A stretch of 59,229 bases of DNA, counting the filler, from Sphacelaria rigidula (Eukaryota): assembly GCA_964200075.2 (NCBI GenBank). It is 10 parts of 10 records of this genome, joined end to end, with 100 filler letters (N's around TTAATTAATTAA, not from the genome) between each part and the next. Parts side by side here need not be neighbours in the genome. Positions count along the whole stretch, not along the records: positions 23,735 to 29,567 come from CAXNAA020024102.1; positions 29,668 to 35,500 come from CAXNAA020024103.1; positions 35,601 to 41,433 come from CAXNAA020024104.1; 7 more parts are not named here. One strand, given 5' to 3'. A program made the position numbers and the translations under genes. Of the stretch, positions 23,796-37,229 are shown in pieces; positions within the stretch are counted from its first letter, which is position 1; each line of letters begins with the position of its first letter. Below the pieces are notes generated by a model that was not told the origin of the DNA, did not search any database, and saw nothing but the letters and a program-made list of their open reading frames with translations.

Positions 23796-26700
23796 AAGGG
23801 GGGTGGGGGGGGGGTATCTTGAGCTCGAACAGCTTCGATTTTGTGCTCTGTCGTGCTTCTGAAAATACGTGCAGTGGAGTAGTGAGAGTGATGTACTGAA
23901 TTCCGTCTCCACACCTGATCTGCGTTTGCTCCACCATGATCAAACTTTCGCTTGTTTGTGTCCTTTATCATGTTTCTGCACGCAATGAACCACGGGTTCT
24001 CATCCTCCAACTGACCTTTTTAAGCGGTGGCCTTTTTCAAACGGCGAGGACTGCTTCTGGGCTACACACCACACTTCATGCGCACACACAAACATATATA
24101 TATACACACCGCTGCGTCGTCATCGTCACCTCCTGCGGCTTTGGGGTTCGTACTCTGGAACTTTGTATCGACACATTCCGACGAAGAAGGGGTGCGCCCC
24201 CGAGACACTGGGTCGGGCTCCACACAGGGAAATGGATTCGCTCCAAAAGTTGCATCCGCAGCTGGAACCAAATCCAGTAGTAGGGGGGCTGGACGAATAT
24301 GCACACGCGAAGCGGAAAGCAAAGCCGTGTCGCGTTCCGAACTGAACCCCGCAGTTTTCGTTTTGCGTAGATGAAGCTATCCAGTAGAACAGAAATGGTA
24401 GTCCCCAGAGCAACGCGGTGAGCAGCAGCCGATTTCGAGGGTCACCGTGTGTTGATGAAAGAAAATCCCTCGTTTTCACTTGCTGATGTGTAGTCTGGAG
24501 GAATATGCTCCTTCTTTTGCAGAATTTTGCTGGAAACATTCTTGGCAAGAAGAGCCTACTTTTGTATGAAATGTTGGGCTGGAACTTCAGGAGACCCCCT
24601 CTCCACGAACACTGCTGCCGATTTTAGCAGAATCGTTGTGCGTATGGCATCTGGGGCAGACTACATGGCGGGATTCATCTCGACCGGTCGTTATCGGATA
24701 TCACGCGATTTCGATATGCACATCGACCGACGGCCGCAGTTTTTTTTATCTTGTTTTCAGTGACCTTGCTGATGCAGATATTTACCTACACATCAAAAGG
24801 CAGTTTTTAATTGAAAGTGTGCTATCAAAGGCGAACCTGACAACACCATACACATAGCTTGACCGTAGCACAAGCAACGTCAGCGTCGAGGCTTTTTGTC
24901 TGCAAGGTCGTGTCTACAGGATGATCTCGATAGAATAAAAGTGTGTACTCAGCGGCTCGAAGATCGGTTGGACAATTTACTTTTTCTTTTGGTGGCATGG
25001 CTTCCGACGTTTCTTACATGACGAACGAGGTGGTGTGTGTTTGCTGCAGATGTCATCTAGCGCAGAATAGAGACCCGACAACAGCCGTAGCGGAGCTTCA
25101 CAACGCCGACTTTGGTTTTCTTTTGGGTAGAAAGCGGATATCGATACCACAAGTCCGCACAGGTACGAAGCTTTTGTAACTTATGATGTGATGTGGTGAC
25201 TGCGCACCGGTCAATTGCTGCGCGTTGTTTAAATGTGTTCACCAGTAGTGCTTACCACTTGGTCGGTTAGAACGTTCCCAGAATTTTATTACTTTATTTG
25301 AGGGTGAAAAGTGATATTCGGATCTCCAGTGAGGCTGACAGCCCCAACTGCTCCCAGCTTGAGCAGAACGCGTTATCGTCACAATCGGCGATTGGAGGTC
25401 TGCTAGCGCCGCCCTTTGCCGACGAAACACTTCACACACCCCTCGCCCGAGGGTTCTCCGTGTTCCCTTGTTTGGGGTTGGGTTAAGTTCGAAATAATAT
25501 ATTCCCCGAGAACTTTCTTGAGTCAATCAACCAAGTGGTGAATACACCTCGTGTCTTCATACTAGAGGGGGCGCCGCCGCTTGAGAATTTGGCGGTCAAG
25601 ACGTTGCGCACAAATTGTGATGCCTGATTCAGACTCTCGCGCTAAAAAACTAGTTTAGTGGCTGTTGGTATCCCACAGAGGGAAAAAAAATCCCGAGTTT
25701 CAACCCAAATAATGGATTATCAGGAGGTGGTGCTCTCTGTACTTTATTCACAGCGTTGTTTATCCTGCTGTTTCTTTGCCTCGCTCCTGCTTGTTTGGAG
25801 GTTTGTGCGAATTTCCATGTCAAACAAAAAAAGAAGTAGAAAGTCACTGGATTCAAGACACAAACAGCCAGCCCGGTCGTGTAGCAAAAACATCTGCATA
25901 CGAAATAAGCTGATTTTGAAGCATGTAGCGATACGTCAATAGCAATTTTATGTCTTCTGTTGATGACATTAAAATTACCTTCTTGATCGTGTGGTGAAAA
26001 TAGCCGAAAAAAATATTCAAGTTCGTTTAGTACCACCTGTGCATATGAAAAAAGCGGGAATCAAAAAAATGTTCTGTATATTGAAATATTCCAAAGGTGG
26101 GCTCTGGATGGTGACGCAGTTGTAAGAAAAAAAAAGGGGAGAAAACGGTAAGAGCTCGGCTTCTCGGTCTGGCCGTCGGACTTGCACCCAGACTATTTTT
26201 TCGTGTTTCATACCACTGCTTTTGGGTTTCATGGCTTTCATAGTCTTCTCCCTATTTTCTTTCCTCTCTATCCTTCGCTGTCTCCTCCCTCTTCGTGTCA
26301 TGCAGTCGTGGTTTGGTGTTTTGTTTCCGAGGGCACATGGCTAGAAGAGCATGCCCAAAGAGTCCGATCCGAAATAGCTCCCCATCTGTTTATTGTGTGT
26401 GAACGCATGCGTTTTTTTTCTCAATCACCTGAAGCCATCTCATGCACGGGCTCCGGCCGTTTCTGTTTTTTTTTTTTTCATTTTTTCCCGGCTCTTCCTT
26501 TTTTTTTTCATCTTCTTTTTTAGCTTGTTCCGTTTGTCACGTATTCCATGTTTTCCCCCCCATTTCTTCATTTTCAGTCTCCGTTTTGGTCACCTTAGGT
26601 ATGGCTGTGGTGTGACCACAGCTGGGTCCCTCGTGGACCAAGTGATGTTATGACTGTAAGATGATTGAAAATCTTATCAAATCATACGATACCCGATACC

Positions 26701-27107
26701 TGTAGTGTCACACGCTGATCTTGTCCCCACAATACCCAATTTTTCAACTGGTAGTCTGGACACGTGCAGGTTCCGAGCGCAATGTCTTCTCAGCAAGTAA
26801 TACCGCCCCTAGTTTCCCTGGGTCATTGCTGGTACGCATTGTTGTCGAGACGTGTCGTCCTTGTCGTCTATAGATTGAAGTGAAAAACGGTCTGGTCTCT
26901 TGAACAAAAAATCCCTGGACGCAACTGTGACGGAACGGGGGCATTTTAACAGCTGCCCGTCTTGTCATGTAGGTGACGATTCTTACGTTTTGCCGTGTGC
27001 CGTTCTTGCTGTTGTTCCCCTGTCTGAATGAAGCGCATACAAATCATTGATCGATGGTTAACGTTTAACGTTTGGTGTGTTTTCCGTAAATTGTTTGCCT
27101 GCGCCAG

Positions 27108-27221
27108 TGCGTAACGCTTTGAAACACCTCTCGTCGGAGATCCGTTCGGCGACGACAAGTATGACGAGCGTGCCCAAGCCGCTCAAGTTCCTTCGTCCGC
27201 ACTACGCACAACTCATGAAAG
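27108..27221 (+). CDS. RPN1: 26S proteasome regulatory subunit RPN1/PSMD2, internal exon
   Basis: [37 protein letters not shown] contains the highly conserved RPN1 motif [15 protein letters not shown]. Acceptor GCCAG, donor GTGAGG. Confidence 0.95.
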
Positions 27222-27703
27222 GTGAGGTACTGGTATTGCATGTCATGTGTGTTTGTGTGTGTGTGTGTGGCTCATGATGGGTATGGTGTATGGTGTCTTG
27301 CCGTCATCTGCGTGTGTGTAGGTGGTGTGTGCGGCAGTGTCGTATTTGATTTCTGATGTGCCTGTCGTTCCGCCGGTCGTTGTTGTTGTCGTCCTCGCTA
27401 CCTGTCATGATCCAGTTTTGATTGTAGTTCGTGATCGTCCCGTCCCGGCTGTCGATCTCTCGTGTTATGTGTTTTTGATGTTTTGAGTCGTGTGTGCCTA
27501 AACTTTCGGTTGTCGTGACTTTGGTAAGTACACTGCTCATCTTCAGATATCAATATTACAAGGAAAAAAAGGACGTGTCCCCCAAAATATGTCGCCCCCG
27601 GAATTCGTAGATTGTACTGAACGTAGATTTGTACGAATTGTGTCCCTGCTTACCCCCAACGTATACCGGTGCTCTCTAATTATCCTTGACAATCCACTCG
27701 AAG

Positions 27704-27855
27704 TGTACGAAAGCTGGCCGGTCGCTACGGGACCGCAACCGTTGGCCCCGCCTATCCGCAGTACCTCGGGAGAGGGGAAGGGTGATGACGCAGAATTAGA
27801 CGAGGGAGAGGCCACGCCAGAGGGTAACAAGCGCTTGATGGCGGACGTTATGTCG
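27704..27855 (+). CDS. RPN1: RPN1/PSMD2, next exon
   Basis: Phase-compatible splice (G|TG TAC GAA) giving VYESWP...NKRLMADVMS, matching RPN1 YE...NK..LAD.LS. AG acceptor at 27702-03, GTGAGA donor. Confidence 0.9.
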
Positions 27856-29329
27856 GTGAGACTCTTGTGTGCATTGTCGGTTGTTTTGTTAGGAGAGGGG
27901 GGGAAGGGGGGGGGGGAATTTCGTGCACATGTGTGAGCATTACCGAAGTGTTTTCCCATCTTGGCCGTGAAAAAAGAAAAAACCTAAAGGTAATGTACTG
28001 TTTGTTTCCTCTATTATTTTTGGCCACCTTGTTTATGAACCTCCACGGAATGGAATTGTTGCCTACAGAGCCATGCGCGAGCAGATGGAGTTGTCCATGC
28101 AAGGATGATTTTGGTCGAGCGTTCCGTTTTGCTACATGCAGTACAGAGACGATGCAGTAGTAGTAGCAGTTGGCGTTTTCCCGCTTGCGATGAAAGATGC
28201 TGCTGTGGCTCTTGGGCCCAACAAAAGGGGTGTAGTATCATAAGCCATCCGACGGGGAAAATAACACCCTATTTTTTTGGACGAAACACGAGCTTGATTT
28301 ATTTTTGCCCTTCTCTTGCCAATTTATCCCCCGCATTGTACATCAGGCCTCCCGTACGACAGTTAATGTATGTATACATGTATGTGATCGCTGCATCGTT
28401 CCACTTTGAAAGAAGAGGGAAACTGAAAGCGATGACGTAACGTGGCCCTTGCACACCCCACTCCGAAATTCGTGTGCCCTAGTGGCGACATCTCTTTGCA
28501 GCCTTGCCTCGCCGCGCTAGAACAACCACCACACAAGACACACACACACCACACAAATCCCGCTCCTCGCACCGTCCTCATTGAGTATACGGGGTTTGTA
28601 CCACAGTAATGAAACAAAACAGGGTCACGATCCAAACTGCAGTCTCATGGGGAAGGGGGTTCATGAAGTCAGTGTGCCGCTTCATTACTCGTGCGAATCT
28701 CGTCCTCCTTCCCCTCCGCGCGCGCCATTTCCCCAGTTGATGGATTCTGTACTAATTTCATCTCGGGAAGAAGTACCCACCCAGTAGTTGCGTGTAGATT
28801 AACCGCATACATGTGAGGTTGCTTCGGGTGACGGGAACGAGATATTCTTTTTCTTGAACGTTTTTCACTTGGATATGAAAATTTCGGAACTTGAATCAGG
28901 GTCCTGTTTGCATGGATTCATCTCGATGTTCATCACAGAATCAGATGGATATCTCTCGGGGACAGCAGCGCACATTGTATCATCCTTCACAAGAGGACTC
29001 TCGATGTCTCAAATAGAAATATGGGGCGCTCTTCGTTTTTTTTGCTTCGCCTGATTCTCTAGACTCATAGATATAGGTCTTCGCGCGAAGGCGCTCATAA
29101 TCCAACTGCACAAGTTGAAGGAGCGTTTTTTTTTCATCATATCTTCTTTCTCTCGTTAATTTCCCTGTTGTGAACATGCAAGAACGAAGCGGACGTACTG
29201 TTATGACGAAAATAAAACAGTGGCAGCAGCAAGAGAAATAAAACCAAAACACGGTAGTATTTCCTCCGTTGACCTTTCGCATGTTGTGGCTGTTTTTCTC
29301 ATAATCCACTTATGCCACCCCCAACCTGG

Positions 29330-29530
29330 TCCGATGCTCTATCTCGAACGGGATCCATGGTCAACGGTCAAGCAACTATGGCAAGCAACAAATTGATAGC
29401 CCCTCCTCCCCCCCCCGCGAGCCTGGCCCGGCGAAAACCCGGCGTACTCCGTCCCGGCTTTGTAGGGATGCGAGGTCATGTGGTCTTACGACTGTGGCGT
29501 GCATGATCATGAGAACCCCCCCCCCCCCAA
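29330..29530 (+). mobile_element. LINE ORF2 C-terminal fragment and downstream repeat
   Basis: SDALSRTGSMVNGQATMASNK resembles NDAPSRKGCVCNGQMTKASN at 47874-47945. CCCGGCTTTGTAGGGATGCGAG...CGTGCATG.TCATGAG is shared with 50595-50655. Confidence 0.55.
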
Positions 29531-29735
29531 CCGCCTTAGGGAAGTGGCGATACCACAGAATAAAGCANNNNNNNNNNNNNNNNNNNNNNNNNNNNNNNNN
29601 NNNNNNNNNNNTTAATTAATTAANNNNNNNNNNNNNNNNNNNNNNNNNNNNNNNNNNNNNNNNNNNNCTTCTCCCCCGCTCCCCCCCCCTTCTCTTTTCT
29701 TTTGTTTGTTTTCTTTCGTTCCCGGGCGCGCTTCT

Positions 29736-29775
<40 letters not shown>

Positions 29776-31332
29776 TCACTGTCGTGTTGGGGAGAGCTTC
29801 TCGGGGCTGTTGGTAGCGGTGGACATTACTGTGTTGGTGTCGATTTTGGGGGCTGAGTATTGTGTGCACTGTCAATGGTTAGGCCACGGGTGCTTCCTAC
29901 CGATCTTTCTGAATTACAGATTTGCACCCATCTTTGGAGCGATTAACCTGCCACCACGACGTAGGTACAACGGGTTGATATGCCCAACTAAGTCAACTAC
30001 TGATGCAAATAGTTCTGAGGGGTCGCGGTAACGTCATATCGATGGTGTGAACTTCTACTCCGTGTCTACAGACGTGCCGCGTTGGTACTTCTATGCTCGC
30101 CAAGGAGTGTGGGCCCCCGAGCGAAGTCGAGGTGTTCCAGCGATGCCCACCGACCTGTGCGGGTCAGTGAACGAAGATGTGACACAACGAGCTCTTCTTC
30201 GACCGTGCTTGATACAAAACGCTTTTCGACCGACTCCTTCGCTGAGCAGCAGGGTCCGCATCTTCAGCCAAGCCTCGGCGCTGGCACCGCATGTTCCTCC
30301 TCCCGCATCCCTCGCTCTCACCCCCACCGTTCCTTGACTGCATTCCCCACCAACCCCCATTGCTGAATTTTTGTATTCTTGAATTTTCAAAATTGGTTTT
30401 GTTGGGTCGTTGAGGTAGTCGGCGGGTTCAACTCCCGTTGTCCTCGCCATTCCCGTGGTGGCTGCTGCTACCCCTGCTGCACCGGGGTGAGTTGCATCCC
30501 TTCATGAAAACCTTCATCTCGTGTCCCGCGGGCAACGCAACTCAACGTTTAGAGGAAAGTGGCTATTGAGGTGCCTATCCCGACTCTCTATTATGCGGTG
30601 CTGTTGATTGTGTGGGTGTTCGCGCAGAGTTTTCCATGCTGTGTTGTACCGAATTGATTCAAACACGTTCGAGGACCACCACTTGTACTGTGCTTGACTG
30701 CCTCGCACCCGTGAATGTTCGTTGCCTTGCTAAGTATTGGCGAGGTGGAGTGCTTTGGGCTTGCGAACTGAACACAACTGAACGAGGTGGGGTTGCGCTT
30801 TTTATTCTCTCACAGTGACCCCTACCATCCTATCTATTGTGTCGTCATCCGCCACCCCATGATCCTGATCCTATGATTAGTCATCCGCCGACATAAACCT
30901 CAGATTTCTTCGAAATACTACCTTTCATCAGAGCCACAATTTTAGTCTCACCCCGACACATTCCCACAATTTCTCTCCCACTCCGCCTGGATACTATTTT
31001 GGACAACGGAGTCAATACCCGAACTGTCCGTTCATACATTTGGAGCCGCACGTCCCGTCCCGTCCGAACAGAGTTTCAACTTTCCCTTCCCATCCCGTCA
31101 GCTTTCTGAGGGATGGGAAACGTCTTAGATCCGTCCAGCCTCCTTTTCTTCGTTATCACCGCTTCCGTCTTGCTCTCGTGCAACCTCTCGGGCCCTTTCC
31201 CATTGTACTGCATGGGAAGCCCCGCACTGAGATCACGTGAAGAGGACGCGTTTTCGTGTCAAATTTCAACAGAAATTGATTGGTTTCATATCCATAACTC
31301 GGATCTGTACTGCTACATGTAAGACACTCCCG

Positions 31333-32129
31333 TACGAAATTGTCACCCTGATTTCAAGTTTGCAGTTTATAGCGCTCATGCATAGTTAAGAAAAGCGCTA
31401 ACATGGATCGTCGCAATCATGAAAAATACCCGACACCGGGAACGTTTGATGTAACAAAAAACAACAGTTAGGGTTGTCTGAGTTAATAGCCGATCATCGA
31501 AATTGAGGATGGAGCTTTTCATCGAGAATGAGAACCCGGAGGATCAATATATGTATACGTATCCACACCAAACCTTCGAAAAATGGGTCCATTCCTTCAC
31601 CTACTGGTAGCTATGGACAGCTGGTACACGTCCTACAAATTTGGATTTCGATAACCGAAATGTTGGGGTCCTCCATGAAGCAACATTTTTTTAATTCCGT
31701 CGATCGATCGGAACACCTAAAAATTCCCCAAAATGTTTCTTCATCTAGGACCCCAACATTTCGGTTATCAAAATCCAAATTTGTAGGGCTTGTAGCAGCT
31801 GTCAGTAGCTTCTATTAGTAGGTGAAAGAATGGAACAACATTCCGAAAATTTGGTGCGGATACGAAGATTTTATCCTCCAACTTCTCATCCTCAATGAAA
31901 AGCTCCATCCTCACTTTCGATGATCGGCTGTTAGTTGATGTTGAGGCATCGGCTGCTTCTTTGGTACTCGGTTGACATTTCCTCCGTCGGTGGTTTCCCA
32001 TGTTTTCGTTCGATTGAGCTGTTGCTGACGCCTTTTGTTCCTCAAAAACATCGTTGATTACGCGTTCGTGCGCCGAGGAAGTCGGCGCTACGAAGTTACT
32101 GCAAAAGGTCTGGTCACAACGTTTCCGTT
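31333..32129. repeat. Long imperfect inverted repeat (foldback); core 31488-31929
   Basis: AGCCGATCATCGAAA.TGAGGATGGAGCTTTTCAT pairs with ATGAAAAGCTCCATCCTCA.TTTCGATGATCGGCT. CCTACAAATTTGGATTT.GATAACCGAAATGTTGGGGTCCT pairs with its complement at 31747-31787. Confidence 0.85.
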
Positions 32130-32421
32130 TCAGGTTGCTGATACATACAATGAAGGCCCCATCATTTGGTAAAACGTCCTGGTAAATTCACTGAAATATC
32201 GCGGATTGTTGTTATACTGTCCGGATTTTGCACACTACGTACAGAGAGTGAATCATGGGCTGCTGTTCGTCTACCACTTTGCTGCAGAGTTTTTATCCCG
32301 TACTTGGAATGTTCCATAAACGAGTTCCCCCGTCATCTGCACGCATGCGCTACCGTTGTCATCCATTGTACATTCGCACGATTGAATTACACATTGTTTC
32401 CTCTTCCCCTCCTTCACTCAG

Positions 32422-32594
32422 GGGTGGTGCCCGTGTCTAGCCTTTCGGGGATCGTAAGTCAAGGGGACGTGATGTATAACGTGATGCGCACTTTGCTACA
32501 AGCCACGGCCGCCACTCGGGACAGCAGTACGTCGGCTGATGTACAGTCGGCGACCGTACTCCGGCTGACTTGGAAACGCCCGTCAACATCTTCG
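32422..32594 (+). CDS. Probable exon of a DUF4470/MYND-family protein
   Basis: Pyrimidine tract plus CAG acceptor, GTGAGG donor, open frame (VVPVSSLSG...LRLTWKRPSTSS), phase 0 into the next exon. Confidence 0.6.
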
Positions 32595-32894
32595 GTGAGG
32601 ATTATGCGAGTACCATAAGCAATAAAGGTTGATTCCTTACGGTATCTCGGAAGAATTTGGTCGGCGTACCCTCCCGATATATATATTTGGATATACACCC
32701 ATCCATGTACAGGTTGCGCTGAAATAGTAGCAGTGTGAAATCGTTGGCTTTTTCTCGTGCATCTGTGTATTCGATTATGATGGTTTTAAGATCCCTCAGC
32801 GTTGCAATATTTCTCCTGGATGCCACACCTTTCCCCCCTGTCTCCCCACCGTGGTCAATGGTCAAACGACTAAGGCAAGCAACACATGAGTACG

Positions 32895-32927
<33 letters not shown>

Positions 32928-33452
32928 CCCAACCCGCACGGGGACCCCCCCCGCAACCAGCGCAGAGNNNNNNNNNNCCTCTCTCCCCCCCTCCCCCCCC
33001 CCCCTCCTCTTTTTTCAAACACACACCCCAACACCAACCTAATTCTCCCCCCCCCCCCCCCCCCCCTCCCCCCACCGAGACTTTAGGGTGAAACACGCAT
33101 TTATTTGTCAGAGTTGGTTCCAAGCCAAACGCAGACTCGAGAGGTCATTTTCTCAATCCAAGCGCGAATGATTTACCGCCCAGGAGGCACACAGGCATCA
33201 GTTTTAGCCTTCGGCGGGGAAATACGTTTTTTTACACAACTGTCTCCGAATGGAAAACGGGTTTCTCAGCTGAGCACCCAGGAAACACTTTGTCTTCCTG
33301 ATAGTTACTCCCTACATCGTACAACGGCAATATTGGTGGAAGATAATCCCTTCCGGTTGCGGCTCCTGAAGCAACCTGCTCCGATATCCCTCGCCCTTTG
33401 TCGATTTTATATTGCATTTCCTTATGAAAACACATTAAAAAATCCTCAACAG

Positions 33453-33764
33453 GCGGGCAAGGATACTTTCGACGGCCGAGTGGATATCACACCAACGGAC
33501 TTCGTCGGGCTAACGCTCCCCGTTTACAAGGCCATGTTCTCTCACATGCCATCCGACGGTTTCATCCTCCGGAGCTTGGCTTCCCCGAAGCAAAGCATGG
33601 CTCACCTTTCCGCACCCAAGCACTACACCTCGCTGGCTTTTGTCCGACTAATTTCCATGGCTGGCCGACGGCTGAGACTGAATTCCTCTCACTTCAGAGC
33701 CGTAGTCCACGCCATCATTGGGAGCAGTGGGCTCGTTCTGGCTCCGAACCTTCAGCAAGAACAG
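33453..33764 (+). CDS. Exon of a probable DUF4470/MYND-family protein
   Basis: CAACAG acceptor, GTCGGT donor, 104 codons (AGKDTF...KHYTSLAFVRLI...LVLAPNLQQEQ), in frame with the next exon. Confidence 0.7.
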
Positions 33765-34016
33765 GTCGGTTTTGACGAGCATGAGACTGGCGCAATAGTG
33801 ACAGAATACATGTGTTTGTGAAGCTGATTGTTTGCCAATTGCACAAGTTTTATACTTGCAGAAGTCAACGTGGCATGCACTCCTGCCCGGAAACGGCACA
33901 CCTGACACATACACGATGGTAATCTGATTGCATGTTCAGGTATGACAATGTCTCGAATAATGCCGCGTTTTCCTTCCCCCCCCCCCCCGCGATCTGTGCG
34001 TCTGCAAAAACTATAG

Positions 34017-35267
34017 ATGGCTCTCTTCCACACCCTCAACCTCGTCTCCATCCGCGACTCCTACCCGATGCAACCTGGTGAACTTGCCCCGGATAATGAC
34101 ACCCGTAGAGTCGTGCTGCTGGTGAACAAGCCCGGCCTTGCTCTATTGCGCGAATTTCAATCGCAGGAGGTCTTTTTGTCGCTAACAGGAAAGTTAGGGC
34201 TAGGTTTCGACAATCATTTCGTTAGTGTTCACATGGCGTACGTCTGTGTACGCCGAGGCCGTCAGCTCAATGCCCCCTCTAAAGACAACACCAATGCAGG
34301 ATCTGGCGAGGTGCAAGCTTGGCGCTCCATAAGTCCCTACCTTGCCGTCCGCGATGCCCGACGGGATGAACCAGGCGCAGAGTTAATGGTTTCAACTATC
34401 GTGCCCACGTTTGCCTTGAACATGGCGCCCCTGTCGGAAACCCTATTGAACCTTCGACCTCGCGACAGCTTGGAGACTATGACCGCCTCCGACCGCATAA
34501 AGCAGAAGATGGGAGGCCCCCGACGGATGACATTCTACAGCGCCAACCTTGCAGACATCGATAAAACTGCCATTCTGTCTCCCAGCGACGTGGTAGTTTC
34601 ACAGCAACAAATCGCCAGGTCTTCTATTTCGTGTCTGATGTGCCCCGCCAAAGTGGCGATTGCACAGGAGCAAATCACGCCGACAAGCCGTGGGACTTCG
34701 TACTTCCCTCCTTGCACCTCTCTGAGCCAACAGCGCTTTCAACACGGCGAGTTCCTCATCACTCGGCTCACAGAAGCAACTCGTAAGAACATCGGTGGCA
34801 GAGAGGATAAGCGGTTCAGGTACCGCTGTACTATCACCATGGTAAATGACAAGGCAAAGGAATTGTTGGCAACAAAAACCGTGACCCCTGCCATCTCAGA
34901 AGGCAGTAGTGCGTGCTCCGTCAGCCTCAGCATATGCATCGATGGCACCGGAACGGCGAGCACCGGCAAGGCGGGAGGGGACACGGACACAGCTATCGGT
35001 ACAACTGGCATCCATCATGACCTCAGTTTTCCGTTCCCTGTACGGTGGCAAGGGGCCCACATCAAGTTCAGCAGGCGCCAAGGCTTTATCCTGATGACTA
35101 TTCCAACACTTTCGGGCGCCATGGATCCTAAACTGATACTTCGCGACCGCGTCTCCTCGTCACCCGTCTCCACCACAATAGTGCCGTCGAGTTGGTGCTT
35201 CACACCTCGTGTATCTCTGGCGGGTCTTCCCAAGCTGGACTGTAGCGTGGAGTGGGCTCATGACAAG
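34017..35267 (+). CDS. Large (417-codon) exon of a probable DUF4470/MYND-family protein
   Basis: TATAG acceptor, GTAAGT donor, stop-free. Motifs LSFPFPV......KFSRRQGFILMTIP and W....VSLAGLPKLD resemble the mid-region of fungal DUF4470+MYND proteins (recalled, not searched). The MYND finger itself is not in the contig. Confidence 0.7.
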
Positions 35268-36390
35268 GTAAGTATTTCACTGGATGGTCGATTTGCGGGT
35301 TTCTATTTGGATCTCACGATACTTCCTCTGTCTCATAAGTCTGGTCCTTTATGGGCTTTTAATCGTTTGCGCATTCAAACTCCTCCGATCATCCCACCGT
35401 TGGGTTCGCAGGAAAAATGAAGCGCCAACGAAGCTGATGCAAAATAATAAATAAATAAAAAGTTAGTGGTTCATACTAAAATGACGTCAAAATACGCCCA
35501 NNNNNNNNNNNNNNNNNNNNNNNNNNNNNNNNNNNNNNNNNNNNTTAATTAATTAANNNNNNNNNNNNNNNNNNNNNNNNNNNNNNNNNNNNNNNNNNNN
35601 AATAAAGGACGCAACACAACAAAAGGAACAAAAAGAGAGACAAATTTATAGTGATAAAAAAAAAAAAAAAAAAAAAAAAAACGACCGCCGGAAAAGGGGG
35701 GGGGGGTACATGGAGTCTGGGATTTGTTTTCAGGGCACCCTTGCCTTCTCCTCTATACCGAGTTCAAAAATGTCATCCGGCAGAGCAGAGAAGCGTTTCA
35801 AGGCGTGTCTAAACACTTTTTTTTTGTTGAAAAAATGCGGCGGTAGATTTGACTTGAGCGAAAATCGCGCATTTTTCTCGAGTCGGGTCCAAGCGAATTT
35901 TCAAGCTTTTCGATCGAAACAAGATGTTGAAATTCGTGAAACGGCACATGATCCCTCGTGTACAGTACGTACAGACACTCTGTACTCTGCACTGCTTGCA
36001 AGCAGCGGTGCTTGAGTGCGTGTGTGCATGTTTCGTACAGAAAAAACTTCAACAGAAGCGGGCAACGTGCAATGTAGACAGCCTAGGACTATCAACAGTA
36101 GAGAAGAAAGAGCAAACATATGGCTAACCTCAGAAGACACGGGGTCGCAGGTGGCCATTCGTGCGACGTGAAAAGGACGTCAACAACGTGCAGCTTTGTA
36201 CTGCCTACACTATCCATGAGAGTGTACGCAACTCGGTTGCTCATCGTACGACGCAATTCCGTCGCTGATCCCTACCATGGAAGGAGATGCACACTCTGGA
36301 CAATGGACACAATAATGGTCAATTGCTTCAGCACAAGAGGAAAAATCTATCGATATTCATTATCGAACACGATAGACGGTGAAACACGCC

Positions 36391-36697
36391 TAACAACGTT
36401 TTCGTGAAATTGAGAGTTGAAAAATATGATTTGAGTGTGAAAAGAGGTCAATTAGTGAATGAGCCGTTTCAGTTCCGAAATGCACCCCCACCAGGCCCAA
36501 TATTATCTCTCTAGTAGCTTGCCACTGTGGCCCTCGATACATAACCCTGAGTAGGATATCAACGTGTAGCTGTAAGCACATGGCAGTGATGAGACGAAGA
36601 AAAGCACACACGGAATGAAAAACTGGCCAAGTTCAAGCGAAAGATCAAAGCCACTCTCAATCCGCACCCAACTCTCAATCTCACGAAAACCTTGTTA
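36391..36697. mobile_element. MITE family F (~310 bp, probable Tc1/mariner-type)
   Basis: TIR TAACAACGTTTTCGTGA.ATTGAGAGT; homologous to 40950-41246, 50813-51090 and 57495-57809. Confidence 0.85.
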
Positions 36698-37229
36698 TCT
36701 TTTGATATGTATTGCATGAAACAACAGATGATGTTGCAATCGTCGATCGATAGCCTATGGCAATTACAATAGATGAACATCACTCGCCATCGATGGACAT
36801 GGCGTACCGCAATAGATGCTGGGTTGTACATGTCGATAGCCATTGTCGTTATCAACATGTTTGGTGAGCCATCCATCGATAGTCATTGCTGCGTCAATAG
36901 ATTAGGTGAGCCATGTATCAATACCTATTGCCGCAGATTACGGCCATCAATAGATGTGGTGAGCTGTCTATCGATAGCCTCTGCCGCCAACAATGCTTTT
37001 TTTTTGTATATATTAATATGGGCATTGCGGTCAACGATCGATTTTTCTCGTGAGCACCTATCGATAGCCAATTACGCCAACGATAGGATTAGAAAAAAAG
37101 ATTGCTCACTGCAGTATAGTCTCATGACATCGACGGCAATACCCCTTGCCCATGAATACACAACGACCTGAGGCGATGGCTGGCCATAGCTTCTGTGAAA
37201 TAAGGTGGAAACATACAACGAAATATGTG

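Noticed and set aside
32735..33123. Poly-Pro/Gly ORFs (also 29612-30031, 49459-50029, and the C run at 59123-59229)
   Set aside because: Homopolymer C/G runs next to N gaps or contig ends; lengths unreliable, probably sequencing artefacts or intronic tracts.
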